Below, in pieces: positions 10,969 to 20,694 of a stretch of 32,000 nt of DNA. The notes beneath the pieces are model-generated. The model made no database searches. It saw only the letters and a program-made list of their open reading frames with translations, and was not told where the DNA came from. The stretch spans positions 1-32,000 of the forward strand of contig NZ_CP097765.1 of the NCBI RefSeq assembly GCF_023585785.1. Direction: 5' to 3'. How positions within the stretch are numbered: the first letter of the stretch is position 1; the number at the start of each line of letters is the position of its first letter. This DNA comes from Blochmannia endosymbiont of Camponotus modoc. Lineage in GTDB: Bacteria > Pseudomonadota > Gammaproteobacteria > Enterobacterales > Enterobacteriaceae. A program made the translations under genes and the position numbers.

Positions 10969-12035
10969 AGCAATGTTCCTTTAGAGCTTGGTATGTTATC
11001 ATTGTCTATGTAAATGGCTTGACGTAATGATCGTCCGAAAGATTTAAATAAACTTTCTGCTTTATGATGATCATTCTTGCCAGTTGCTTGTAAATGTAAA
11101 GTACAACCCATTTTTGAAGATAATGAACGAAAAAAATGTTCTATCATTTCAGTACTGAGATCTCCTATTTTTTGAAAAGTATAGTTAGCTTCATAGTAGA
11201 AGTATGTTCGCCCAGAAAGATCTAATACACATTGCGCAATACTTTCATCCATAGGTAAGGTAAATCCGAACCTTCCAATGCCACGTTTGTTGCCCAATGC
11301 AACGTTTAAAGCTTTTCCTAATGTTAAAGCTGTATCTTCTACAGTATGATGATCATCTACATGTAAATCGCCTTTTGCTGTAATATTCATACATAATCCA
11401 GCATGCACAGCTATTTGCTGTAACATATGATTAAAAAAATTAATACCAGTATTAATGTAACTTTTATTGTTTTGATCTAACCATATCGTGATGTCTATAT
11501 TAGTTTCTTCAGTGGTGCAATGAATATGTGCTGATCTGTGACGTTGCGTTAAATAGTTTTTAATTTTTTTCCAACCAAAATTAGTACGATTATATTGTAT
11601 TCCTTGAATATCCATATTAGTTGCTAAAATCATATCAGTATTTCGATCTCCGATAACATAACTATTAAATTTATTTAATTTGTTATCGATTAGCCAAGAA
11701 CTTACTAATGCAGTTTTTGGTTTACGACAACTACATTGTTCTTCAGGAAGATGAGGGCAAATTAGTATTTGATTGAATTTAATACCCTGAGATTGAAATA
11801 TTTGAATCATTAGACGATGCGGTTTATCAAATTTTTCTCTAGGAAATGAAGCACTTCCTAATCCATTTTGATTAGTAACTATAACAAATTCAAAACCTAT
11901 ATTTTTCAACGCTATAAGAGCAGGAATCACATATGGTTCCAATGAGAATTTGTCTAAAGAATCGATTTGAAAATTGTCTTTTGGTTCATTAATTAAGGTT
12001 CCATCACGATCTATAAATAAAACTTTATGATTCAT
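10965..12035 (-). CDS. hisB: Bifunctional histidinol-phosphatase / imidazoleglycerol-phosphate dehydratase
   Basis: 356-aa ORF; [58 protein letters not shown]. Confidence 0.96.
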   Translation of the reverse strand: MNHKVLFIDRDGTLINEPKDNFQIDSLDKFSLEPYVIPALIALKNIGFEFVIVTNQNGLGSASFPREKFDKPHRLMIQIFQSQGIKFNQILICPHLPEEQCSCRKPKTALVSSWLIDNKLNKFNSYVIGDRNTDMILATNMDIQGIQYNRTNFGWKKIKNYLTQRHRSAHIHCTTEETNIDITIWLDQNNKSYINTGINFFNHMLQQIAVHAGLCMNITAKGDLHVDDHHTVEDTALTLGKALNVALGNKRGIGRFGFTLPMDESIAQCVLDLSGRTYFYYEANYTFQKIGDLSTEMIEHFFRSLSSKMGCTLHLQATGKNDHHKAESLFKSFGRSLRQAIYIDNDNIPSSKGTLL

Positions 12036-12051
12036 GAGCGCTCCTATTTAT

Positions 12052-13128
12052 CTATATAGATAATGATGCGACATGTAATTTTTTTAAAACAGAAACTACG
12101 TGTTTGCATTCATTATATGTGCCGACAGTAATACGCAAGCAATTAACTAATCCTGGTTGGTTGCTTTGATCTCTTAAAACTATTCCTTGATGCAATAATG
12201 TCTTAAAAACCTGATATTTTGGATTGAATTTAACCAATACATAATTAGCGTTACTATTAAATACTTGTTGAACACAAGAACATTTTTTTAAGCCTGTAAT
12301 TAATATGTTTCGGTTTGTATTGACTGTAGCTATTCTGTTCTGGGTGTATTGTATGCTTGTAGGGGTTAGAGCTTGTTCTGCGATATCAATTACTGGAGTA
12401 GACAATGGGTATGGTGCGATCACTTTTTCTAATAATTTAATAATTTCTGGATTAGCTAAAGTGAAACCACAGCGCAATCCTGCTAACGCGAAAGCTTTAG
12501 ATAAAGTTCTTAAGATAACTAGATGAGGATACATTGATAGCCAACGTACTAAGCTTGCGTCCGGGCAAAAATCAATATATGCTTCATCGGTTACTAATAA
12601 CGCTCGGTTTTGAATAATGTTTAATAACTTTTTTAAACTATTTAAATGAATAATGTTACCAGTAGGGTTGTTTGGGTTACAAATATAAATTAATTTAACA
12701 TTGTTTAGTTGTGATTCAATGGATGCTAAATCGAGTTGCCAGTTTTTCTTTTTAGGTATAATCCGATAATTAATTCCTAAAATTTCTGCAGTGGTTTTAT
12801 ACATACCGTATGTCGGTGGGCAAAATATAATAACGTCTTTTCCAGGATTACAAAAAACTTTCATTAATAATTCAATACTTTCATCGGCTCCTCTCGACAC
12901 TAAAACTTGATCAGATCGAACCCCAGCATAATAAGCATAATTGTTAATCACTTCTTGTGGTTGACAAGTAGGATATCTATGAATTTTTTTATAACGAAAT
13001 TGATAGTTGGGAGAGATTGGAAATTCATTAGCGTTCAGCCATATGTTACCTGAATGTGTGCATTTTCTAGCAGATTGATAAGGTTTAAGAGTCAATATAT
13101 TATTCCTAGCCAAGTAACGAACGTTCAT
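12052..13128 (-). CDS. hisC: Histidinol-phosphate aminotransferase
   Basis: 358-aa ORF; LNANEFPISPN, CNPNNPTGNII, VTDEAYIDF, RTLSKAFALAGLRCGF. Confidence 0.95.
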   Translation of the reverse strand: MNVRYLARNNILTLKPYQSARKCTHSGNIWLNANEFPISPNYQFRYKKIHRYPTCQPQEVINNYAYYAGVRSDQVLVSRGADESIELLMKVFCNPGKDVIIFCPPTYGMYKTTAEILGINYRIIPKKKNWQLDLASIESQLNNVKLIYICNPNNPTGNIIHLNSLKKLLNIIQNRALLVTDEAYIDFCPDASLVRWLSMYPHLVILRTLSKAFALAGLRCGFTLANPEIIKLLEKVIAPYPLSTPVIDIAEQALTPTSIQYTQNRIATVNTNRNILITGLKKCSCVQQVFNSNANYVLVKFNPKYQVFKTLLHQGIVLRDQSNQPGLVNCLRITVGTYNECKHVVSVLKKLHVASLSI

Positions 13129-14437
13129 TTTGTTCCTTGATATAGTTTATACGATGTGCTATGGCATATTCATGAGCTTTTAATTGTTCGATTTGTGTTA
13201 ATGTTGTAATGGTTGATGATAGTTTCAGTAATCCATTTTGGGTTAATTGTTGTACCGATATTCTTTTTTGAAAATCTATAACTCCTAGACCAGATGTGGT
13301 AACTGCGCGCCCGTATGTAGGTAAGACGTGATTAGGCCCGCTTGCATAATCTCCAGCAGTTTCCGGAGACCAATTTCCAAGGAATATTGATCCAGCATTC
13401 ATGATGTAATGTAAATAATCTGATGCATTTTCAATTTGAATAATCAAATGTTCTGGAGCATAGCTATTACTTATAGAAAAACATTCCATTAAATTGTTAG
13501 TAATGATCATGCGACTATTCAATAATACATTATTAATTATATCATTTCGTGGTAGTATCTTTAATTGTTTATGTAGCTCTTTTTTTGTTTGTTCTGCAAT
13601 ATACGAGTGGGGCGTTATAAGTATTACGTGTGAATCAGGTCCGTGCTCTGACTGTGACAAAAGATCTGCTGCGATAAAAATAGGATTAGCCGTATTATCT
13701 GCAATAATTAATATTTCGGAAGGTCCAGCTAACATATCAATAGCAGCTCCATTTGGAGCGAGATTAATTTGTCGTTTTGCTTCTGTAACCCATATATTAC
13801 CTGGTCCAAATATCTTATCCACTTTCGGAATAGACTCAGTGCCAAATCCCATAGCGGCTATAGATTGACTACCTCCTACTTGATAAATTTCGTCAATACC
13901 ACAAAGTCGTGCGGTATATATAATTACGTCCGGAATTGGTGGGGGTGAACATAATATTACACGTTTACATTGCGCAATACGAGCAGGGATACCTAACATC
14001 ATTACTGTCGACAACAGCGGTGCAGTTCCTCCTGGTACATATAATCCAACAATATTTAATGGGCGAATAATTTGTTGGCAATATACGCCTGGAAGAGTTT
14101 CCACGATTACCTCTGAATAACATTGTGCTTGATGAAACCGTGTTATATTGGTCATGGCGGTATGTATTGCTTGTTTTATTTCATTAGACAAGTTACGTCC
14201 CGAATTCATGATCATTTCAGTTGGGATTTGTAATTGTGTAGTTTGTACGTTGTCAAAATCAAAATTAAATTTAAATAAAGCACGATCGCCTTCGTTATAA
14301 ACTTTTGTAAGTATATTTTTAACATTTATACAAATATCGTTTAATTTGTTATTTATTGGACGGGTAAGCAGTGTTTTTTGTTCAGATTTAGAACAATCAT
14401 TCCAATGAATAGATATAGGATGTTCATGAGCAATCAT
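13106..14437 (-). CDS. hisD: Histidinol dehydrogenase
   Basis: 443-aa ORF; GLYVPGGTAPLLSTVMML, GPGNIWVTEAKRQ, AAIDMLAGPSEILIIAD, EHGPDSHVIL, YASGPNHVLPTYGRA. Confidence 0.96.
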   Translation of the reverse strand: MIAHEHPISIHWNDCSKSEQKTLLTRPINNKLNDICINVKNILTKVYNEGDRALFKFNFDFDNVQTTQLQIPTEMIMNSGRNLSNEIKQAIHTAMTNITRFHQAQCYSEVIVETLPGVYCQQIIRPLNIVGLYVPGGTAPLLSTVMMLGIPARIAQCKRVILCSPPPIPDVIIYTARLCGIDEIYQVGGSQSIAAMGFGTESIPKVDKIFGPGNIWVTEAKRQINLAPNGAAIDMLAGPSEILIIADNTANPIFIAADLLSQSEHGPDSHVILITPHSYIAEQTKKELHKQLKILPRNDIINNVLLNSRMIITNNLMECFSISNSYAPEHLIIQIENASDYLHYIMNAGSIFLGNWSPETAGDYASGPNHVLPTYGRAVTTSGLGVIDFQKRISVQQLTQNGLLKLSSTITTLTQIEQLKAHEYAIAHRINYIKEQNERSLLG

Positions 14438-14441
14438 AATA

Positions 14442-15341
14442 TTATTCCATCATTTTTTCTATTGGTAATACTAAAATAGAACTAGCTCCAAGATTTTTTA
14501 AATTTTCCATTGTTTCCCAAAATAATGTTTCATTACTTACCATGTATATTGCTACACGATGTTGATTGCCTGCTAATGGTAATACTGTTGGACTTTCTGC
14601 TCCAGGTAGTAAATTAATAATTTCCTCTAGTTGTTCAGCAGGGGCATGCAGCATGATGTATTTAGATCCCCTGGCTTGGATTACTCCTTGAATACGAATT
14701 ATTAATTTGTTGATTAGTGATTGTTTTATGTTGGATAATTCTCCAGATCGTTGAATAAGACACGCTCTAGATCGATAGATTACTTCTACTTCATGTAATC
14801 CATTAGCTTCTAACGTAGCTCCGGTAGACACGAGATCACAAATTGCATCTGCTAATCCAGCGCGTGGTGCTACTTCTACTGATCCATTTAATAAACAAGA
14901 TTTAAAATGAATACCTAATTTATCTAAATATTGTTTCAGAAGATGTGGGTATGAAGTGGCAATTCGTTTTCCTTGTAAGGATTTTGGACCGTTCCATGGT
15001 TCATCTATGGGTAAGGCCATAGATAACCGACAATCTCCAAAATCTAATCGGAGTAACATAATGTAGCAAGGATTATCTCCTTGCGATCGTCTCGTTAATA
15101 ACGCTTCTTCTAATACATTTTCTCCGATAATACCTAAATCTACTATGCCGTCCATAACTAAACCAGGAATATCATCATCTCGCACTCGCATTATATCGAT
15201 AGCCATGTTTTCCGCAAACGCTAATAGACGTTGTTGTTGTAAATTAATTTTAATTCCACATTGTTCAAGAAGTTGTTGGGATTCTTTGCTCAATCTTCCT
15301 GATTTTTGCATTGCTATTCGTAACCGCGATCTATCCAGCAT
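14442..15341 (-). CDS. hisG: ATP phosphoribosyltransferase (long form)
   Basis: 299-aa ORF; [66 protein letters not shown]. Confidence 0.96.
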   Translation of the reverse strand: MLDRSRLRIAMQKSGRLSKESQQLLEQCGIKINLQQQRLLAFAENMAIDIMRVRDDDIPGLVMDGIVDLGIIGENVLEEALLTRRSQGDNPCYIMLLRLDFGDCRLSMALPIDEPWNGPKSLQGKRIATSYPHLLKQYLDKLGIHFKSCLLNGSVEVAPRAGLADAICDLVSTGATLEANGLHEVEVIYRSRACLIQRSGELSNIKQSLINKLIIRIQGVIQARGSKYIMLHAPAEQLEEIINLLPGAESPTVLPLAGNQHRVAIYMVSNETLFWETMENLKNLGASSILVLPIEKMME

Positions 15342-15860
15342 GATATTTTACCTTATGTCAACAATTTTCCATTACTAAATACTTTTTTAAAATTCTTGCA
15401 ACAGAAGTACCTTTGATATTATTAATAAACAAAATATTAAAAAATGATTTCTATTGTTAAATGTGTTTGAAGGATTTAGTCAGGGTAATGATGATAAATT
15501 AACATATGAAGTACAGTCTTCCTATTGAACATTTTTTATTACTTTAATATTTTAACGAATATAATTAAATTTGTATAGGGTTGAATGTTATAAAAGTTAC
15601 TTTATTTATATACGTATATAATTAATGTCTTAATTAAATTAAAAATTATTTTAAAATATTAGCTCGCATACTTGAGAAGTAATTATGTAATAATCCAAAT
15701 ATGTAGTTATATATTGCGTATGTTAGTATGATATGCATGTATTATAGTGTATATTGTTAGTATAAATTATGTGATTTTTTTTGCAAATTTTTTTCATATA
15801 TTTTAGTTCAGATTAAGGTATATCGCATTATGTATATATGAAAAAATTAAAAATTAATTT

Positions 15861-17363
15861 TTAATGAAAATGAAAATAAGCTTCATAAAGATATTGATAA
15901 TATTTTTGTAATGCATGTAAAAGTGTAATTTTTTGATCATTATATTTATAGATTGACAGAAGTTGATTCAGTTTATCGTTATAAGATTTTGATTGATCTT
16001 TATTAAATAATTTATTTTTTTTATAGTTCAACCATTTTTTTTGTTCTTGGTCATTTAAAGTATTAGGAAAATTTCGGGCTCTATAGTAGAATAACAGTGA
16101 TTTTAAACGAGTATCAACGTGGTCAGTGCATAAATTTTTTAACTCTTTTGCATGAGTTTTACGGATACTTTCAATTATTTTGCGATCAGAATTATTGAAG
16201 AATTTGTGATATAGTTGACTGTCTACATGAAGATTATTGTATAGATTTTGTTGATTGATGTAAGCTCCTATAATGGTATATAGTGTGTTTATTTTATTAC
16301 GTAGATAGACGCTATTTTCATGCATTCTAATAAAATTTAAGTTTTTTAAACAGTATTGATAGTTGATGGAGAGCTGCATGGTATAAGCAGTGTTAATATT
16401 TTTTTTGTCAAAAAAGTTTATTGGTATTAAAATGGGGCACGCATTTAATCGAATCAATCGTAGTGGTATTTTTTTAAAAATATCATATATCGTTGTGTGA
16501 TTAGAATATAATTTTTGATATATCGTATTAATATTTAAATTAACTAAAGTATCTATATCACCATTTAAATCACATGCTATTAAAATGTTAGGATTTGTAG
16601 GATGTCGAGCGATTGGAGCTATATGAGTTATAAAATTTTTGTATTTATTATTTATTTTATTCATTATAAATATCAGAGGATTCATGGTATCTAGATCGAT
16701 TATTTTTTGTAATTGATATTTGGTGCGATGATCAAATAGAAATTGAAATAATTGTGGCTGAACTTCTTTTATTAATTTTGTTAATTCTAAAGTAGCGTAT
16801 ACATCTGACATAGCGTCATGTGCGCTGAGATGTTTTATAGAATTTGCTTGTGCTAAATCTTTCAGACGAAAACTGGGTTTATTTTGAGTGTTCAATGGCC
16901 ATATAATACCATTTGGACATAGTGAATAACAAGCACGTAGCACATGTAATAAGTCCCATCGGGAATTTCCTCGCTGATAAGCCCATAAGTAAGGGTCATG
17001 AAAATTTCTATAAAAAATGTTTCTACTGAATTCATCGTCAAAATGAATATTATTGTATCCAAGGATACAAGTTTTAGGGATACAAAATAATTGATGAATA
17101 CGACGAGCGAACTCAGATTCAATCAATCCATGACGTAAAGTATCTTGAGGAACGATTCCTGTAATGAGGACAGATTGCGGATCGGGGAGGTAATCATTTG
17201 ATAAGCGACAGAAGAAGACTTCTTCTTTTTCTATAGGTTTTAATGCGGAATTCGTACGAATTCCGGCAAATTGCGCTGGCCTATCTAGCGCTGGATTGAT
17301 GCCAAAAGTTTCATAATCATAAATAAAAAAACTAGGTTGTGTAACATTAACACGCATGAGCAT
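15861..17363 (-). CDS. sbcB: Exodeoxyribonuclease I
   Basis: 500-aa ORF; FFIYDYETFGINPALDRPAQFAGIRT, LGYNNIHFDDEFSRNIFYRNFHDPY, NSRWDLLHVLRACY, HDAMSDVYATLELTKL, YRARNFPNTL. Confidence 0.94.
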   Translation of the reverse strand: MLMRVNVTQPSFFIYDYETFGINPALDRPAQFAGIRTNSALKPIEKEEVFFCRLSNDYLPDPQSVLITGIVPQDTLRHGLIESEFARRIHQLFCIPKTCILGYNNIHFDDEFSRNIFYRNFHDPYLWAYQRGNSRWDLLHVLRACYSLCPNGIIWPLNTQNKPSFRLKDLAQANSIKHLSAHDAMSDVYATLELTKLIKEVQPQLFQFLFDHRTKYQLQKIIDLDTMNPLIFIMNKINNKYKNFITHIAPIARHPTNPNILIACDLNGDIDTLVNLNINTIYQKLYSNHTTIYDIFKKIPLRLIRLNACPILIPINFFDKKNINTAYTMQLSINYQYCLKNLNFIRMHENSVYLRNKINTLYTIIGAYINQQNLYNNLHVDSQLYHKFFNNSDRKIIESIRKTHAKELKNLCTDHVDTRLKSLLFYYRARNFPNTLNDQEQKKWLNYKKNKLFNKDQSKSYNDKLNQLLSIYKYNDQKITLLHALQKYYQYLYEAYFHFH

Positions 17364-17628
17364 AATGATGTGAGCTGTTTTGATTGAATAATCATTGAAT
17401 TATTTATTAAAATTATAATAATTTAATTGGATTTAATTGTATATATAATATCTATTATATATGGGTGTTTTAATTTATTATTGTTACTAATAGTCTAATT
17501 ATAAATATCTACAATATGTAATGACATTACATGATACTGATAATGTTTGTTATATTAATCTTTAGTTTGATTTAATTAGGGATATGAAGTTTTAATATAA
17601 GGATGTTTGCAATAAATATAAATAGGAT

Positions 17629-17958
17629 ATGATTATGAGAGATAATGTTAATCAATCATTTTATGATGTATTAGAATTTGTGCGTATATTTCGTCGTAAA
17701 AATAAACTGCAACGAGAAATTGTTGATAATGAAAAAAAAATTCGTGATAATCAAAAGAGAATGTTATTGCTGGGTGATTTAAGTGATTATATTAAGTCTG
17801 AAACTTCTATAGAAGGAATACAAGTTATTATTGCTAATATGCGTAATGATTATGAAGATCGAGTAGATGAATATATTATAAAAAATGCAGAGTTATCAAA
17901 AGAGCGTCGTGAGTTGTCAAAAAAATTAAAAAATTTTAAAGAATCTACAACTGATTAG
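17629..17958 (+). CDS. tmaR: TmaR/YeeX (DUF496) family, PTS polar-localisation regulator homologue
   Basis: 109-aa ORF; [46 protein letters not shown]...[29 protein letters not shown] matches recalled YeeX almost residue for residue; adjacent to sbcB-his as in E. coli. Confidence 0.93.
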   Translation: MIMRDNVNQSFYDVLEFVRIFRRKNKLQREIVDNEKKIRDNQKRMLLLGDLSDYIKSETSIEGIQVIIANMRNDYEDRVDEYIIKNAELSKERRELSKKLKNFKESTTD

Positions 17959-18438
17959 ATTTAATGATTGTTGGTTTTTAAAAATGTTTATTTTTTCATT
18001 ACATAGAAAATGTGTGTAATGTTTAGATACATAAATAAGAAAGATGCTTCATTTTCTAAATAAAGTATCATAGGTAATAAGTTTATAAAAACAAAAGTAT
18101 TATTGTTTCTTATTTATGATCATGGAATATGAAATATCATATTTATAATATTGTTGCAATTTAATAAAAATATAATATGGTGATCGTTAATTTCAAATTA
18201 CATTTTTGTGATATATTTAACGTTGATTAAAGTATTTGTAAATATTAATTATTTTAATATAGAATGTTATTTTTTTGGTTGGGTTTTTGTTAACTAAGGT
18301 AAAATCTATTTTGAATGTTTGTTATTTGTATTATATCCGGCAGATATATGTATTCCAATGTTATAAGAAGGACGTAACTTATATTAAATATGAGTTGTTT
18401 ATGGTGTTATAGATTTTATATTTATCACTTTGATAATT

Positions 18439-19416
18439 ATGGTAACAATTAATGATGCATTGTTATTGGAATATGCTAAAGAAACTTTAGAGATCGAAAT
18501 TAACGAAGCTCAAAGAATGTTAGATAGGTTGGACGAAAGTATTGTGTTTGCTTGTCGTATGTTGTTAAATTGCACGGGAAAGGTTGCTGTTTCTGGTATA
18601 GGTAAATCCGGTCATATTGGAAAAAAAATTGCTGCTTCTTTAGCTAGCACGGGTACTCCAGCTTTTTTTGTTCATCCTGCAGAAGCTTTGCACGGTGATT
18701 TAGGTATGATTGGAACACAAGATGTAGTAATGTTTATTTCTTATTCGGGTCGTTCTTGTGAAATAATCACTTTGATGCCGTTGTTAGCGGATAGCGGTAT
18801 TCCTGTGATTGCATTTACTGGAGATGTGAGTTCTCCTTTAGCTCAAGGAGCTACATGTGTTCTTAATATAAAAATACAAAGAGAAGCCTGCCCTATGGAG
18901 CTTTCTCCCACTGCAAGCGCAGTTAATACTTTAATGATGGGTGATGCGTTAACAATGGCGCTTATGAGGCATAGGGGTTTTAGTTTAGAACAATTTGCTC
19001 GATCTCATCCAGGGGGTAGATTAGGAGCGCAATTGCTAAATTGTGTACATCATTTGATGCGCACTGGAGAACAAATTTCGAAAGTTTTTTGGAAAGTTAC
19101 AGTAATGGATGCTATGTTTGAATTAAGTCGTACTGGTCTTGGGCTAACTGCTGTATGTGATAACCACAATGGTGTTATAGGAGTATTTACTGATGGAGAT
19201 TTAAGACGCTGGATAGTACAAGGTAAATCTCTTGATGATCCTGTTGATATTGCTATGACTAATCCTGGATATTGTATTCCGAAAGAATGGCGCGCAAGCG
19301 TAGCATTACAAGCTTTGTATCAGAGGAAGATTACCGCAGCGCCAGTAGTGGATAAATTAGGAAGATTAGTTGGATCAATTAACATGCATGATTTGCATCA
19401 AGCTGGGATAGAGTAA
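18439..19416 (+). CDS. gutQ: Arabinose-5-phosphate isomerase, GutQ-type (SIS + CBS domains)
   Basis: ORF (track start 18430 is a TTG, ATG at 18439); GKVAVSGIGKSGHIGKKIAASLASTGTPAFFVHPAEALHGDLGMI, REACPMELSPTASAVNTLMMGDAL, VMDAMFELSRTGLGLTAVCD, FTDGDLRRWIVQGKSL are closer to GutQ than KdsD. Confidence 0.85.
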   Translation: MVTINDALLLEYAKETLEIEINEAQRMLDRLDESIVFACRMLLNCTGKVAVSGIGKSGHIGKKIAASLASTGTPAFFVHPAEALHGDLGMIGTQDVVMFISYSGRSCEIITLMPLLADSGIPVIAFTGDVSSPLAQGATCVLNIKIQREACPMELSPTASAVNTLMMGDALTMALMRHRGFSLEQFARSHPGGRLGAQLLNCVHHLMRTGEQISKVFWKVTVMDAMFELSRTGLGLTAVCDNHNGVIGVFTDGDLRRWIVQGKSLDDPVDIAMTNPGYCIPKEWRASVALQALYQRKITAAPVVDKLGRLVGSINMHDLHQAGIE

Positions 19417-19496
19417 TTATCTAACTTTGTCCGTATACAGATAAAAAGTCAGATAATTATAAAATTAAGGAAATATTTTTACTTAATTTTATCATC

Positions 19497-19572
19497 TGGC
19501 TCCTCTGACTGGGCTCGAACCAGTGACATACGGATTAACAGTCCGCTGTTCTACCAACTGAACTACAGAGGA
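19497..19572 (-). tRNA. tRNA-Asn(GTT), CCA encoded
   Basis: Reverse complement TCCTCTGTAGTTCAGTTGGTAGAACAGCGGACTGTTAATCCGTATGTCACTGGTTCGAGCCCAGTCAGAGGAGCCA, a 76-nt cloverleaf. Confidence 0.97.
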
Positions 19573-19852
19573 ACCAATATATAACCATATTATTTTATAA
19601 GAATATGAAAAACAATACAAGTACTTAATGATGATCAATGTAGTTAATAAGGCATCATTATATATAAAAATAGTGTTTTGTATAAAAATATATGTAATTT
19701 ATTCGATGATGCACAGATTGTGTGTTGATTCTTTTTTGTGCCATATGGACACAAAAATGGATTTGTATGAATATAATCTGTATATAACAGTATTTTAAAG
19801 ATTATTATCTTATATTAAAAAATATGTAATATTTTAGAGAATTTTTAAATAG

Positions 19853-19942
19853 GGAGAGATGCCGGAGTGGTTGAACGGAGCGGTTTCGAAAACCGTTTTA
19901 AAGAAATAATATCTTTCAAGGGTTCGAATCCCTTTCTCTCCG
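19853..19942 (+). tRNA. serU: tRNA-Ser(CGA), CCA not encoded
   Basis: GGAGAGATGCCGGAGTGGTTGAACGGAGCGGTTTCGAAAACCGTT...GGGTTCGAATCCCTTTCTCTCCG; anticodon CGA and long variable arm. Confidence 0.95.
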
Positions 19943-20211
19943 TTATTTTTGAGAATATAAATGTTGTATTGTATGATATTTTAAATGTCGTAATTATAAC
20001 AACAATATGAACAAATCGTATTTATTAAGGGTTTTGTGTGTTTGAGTATGATTGTTCGTGTTATTAGGGTTATTGAATAATTAATGATGATGTTTTATAA
20101 GTATCAAATGATTGTTGATGTTAATGTATATATGTGATTGTTGTCATTGTATTTTAATACATATCAAGTGGTTTATACTGTGATGTTTTTTTGAGATGAT
20201 ATGCAAAGGTA

Positions 20212-20273
20212 TTCATTTACTTATGTGTGATTCCTATGTAGGAATACATAGGAATCACACATAAGTAAATGAA
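20212..20273. repeat. Perfect inverted repeat / stem-loop, 29-bp arms (20212-20240 and 20245-20273), GGAA tetraloop
   Basis: ttcatttacttatgtgtgattcctatgta-ggaa-tacataggaatcacacataagtaaatgaa; arms exactly complementary. Confidence 0.95.
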
Positions 20274-20399
20274 GTGATGCTCTGATAAGTATAATTTAAT
20301 TCGATTTTCTATTTTAAAAATATGACAGTATAGAGCAATAGCATCTTAAAAAAAATACTGAAGATAAAATCATACTGTGAATGTGAATATATATGATTA

Positions 20400-20491
20400 T
20401 GGCGGTGAGAAAGGGATTCGAACCCTTGATACAAAATTGTATGTATACATGCTTTCCAGGCATGCTCCTTAAGCCACTCGGACATCTCACC
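20400..20491 (-). tRNA. tRNA-Ser(GGA), CCA encoded
   Basis: Reverse complement GGTGAGATGTCCGAGTGGCTTAAGGAGCATGCCTGGAAAGCATG...AAGGGTTCGAATCCCTTTCTCACCGCCA; anticodon GGA. Confidence 0.95.
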
Positions 20492-20694
20492 ATATTATTT
20501 ATTATATATATATATAATAAAATAAAAAATAATTATAAAATCTCCTGTGTTTGATTGCAGTTAAATATGATTAATCGAGTGATGTGAATTGTGCGCATGT
20601 GTTTTCGTTTAGGTATGAAAAAGATATTTGTATCCATCACAAGTTCCAGTAATTAGTAGGTAATGGTGCATTCGTATTGTTGTTTTATTATTAA

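Noticed and set aside
13494-13868. 124-aa + strand ORF antisense to hisD
   Set aside because: Longest antisense ORF but composition reflects the complement of hisD codons; no known family.
15145-15378. 77-aa + strand ORF over the start of hisG
   Set aside because: Complement of hisG N-terminal codons; no homology recognised.
16892-17122. 76-aa + strand ORF inside sbcB
   Set aside because: Antisense to conserved SbcB motifs (YRNFHDPY region).
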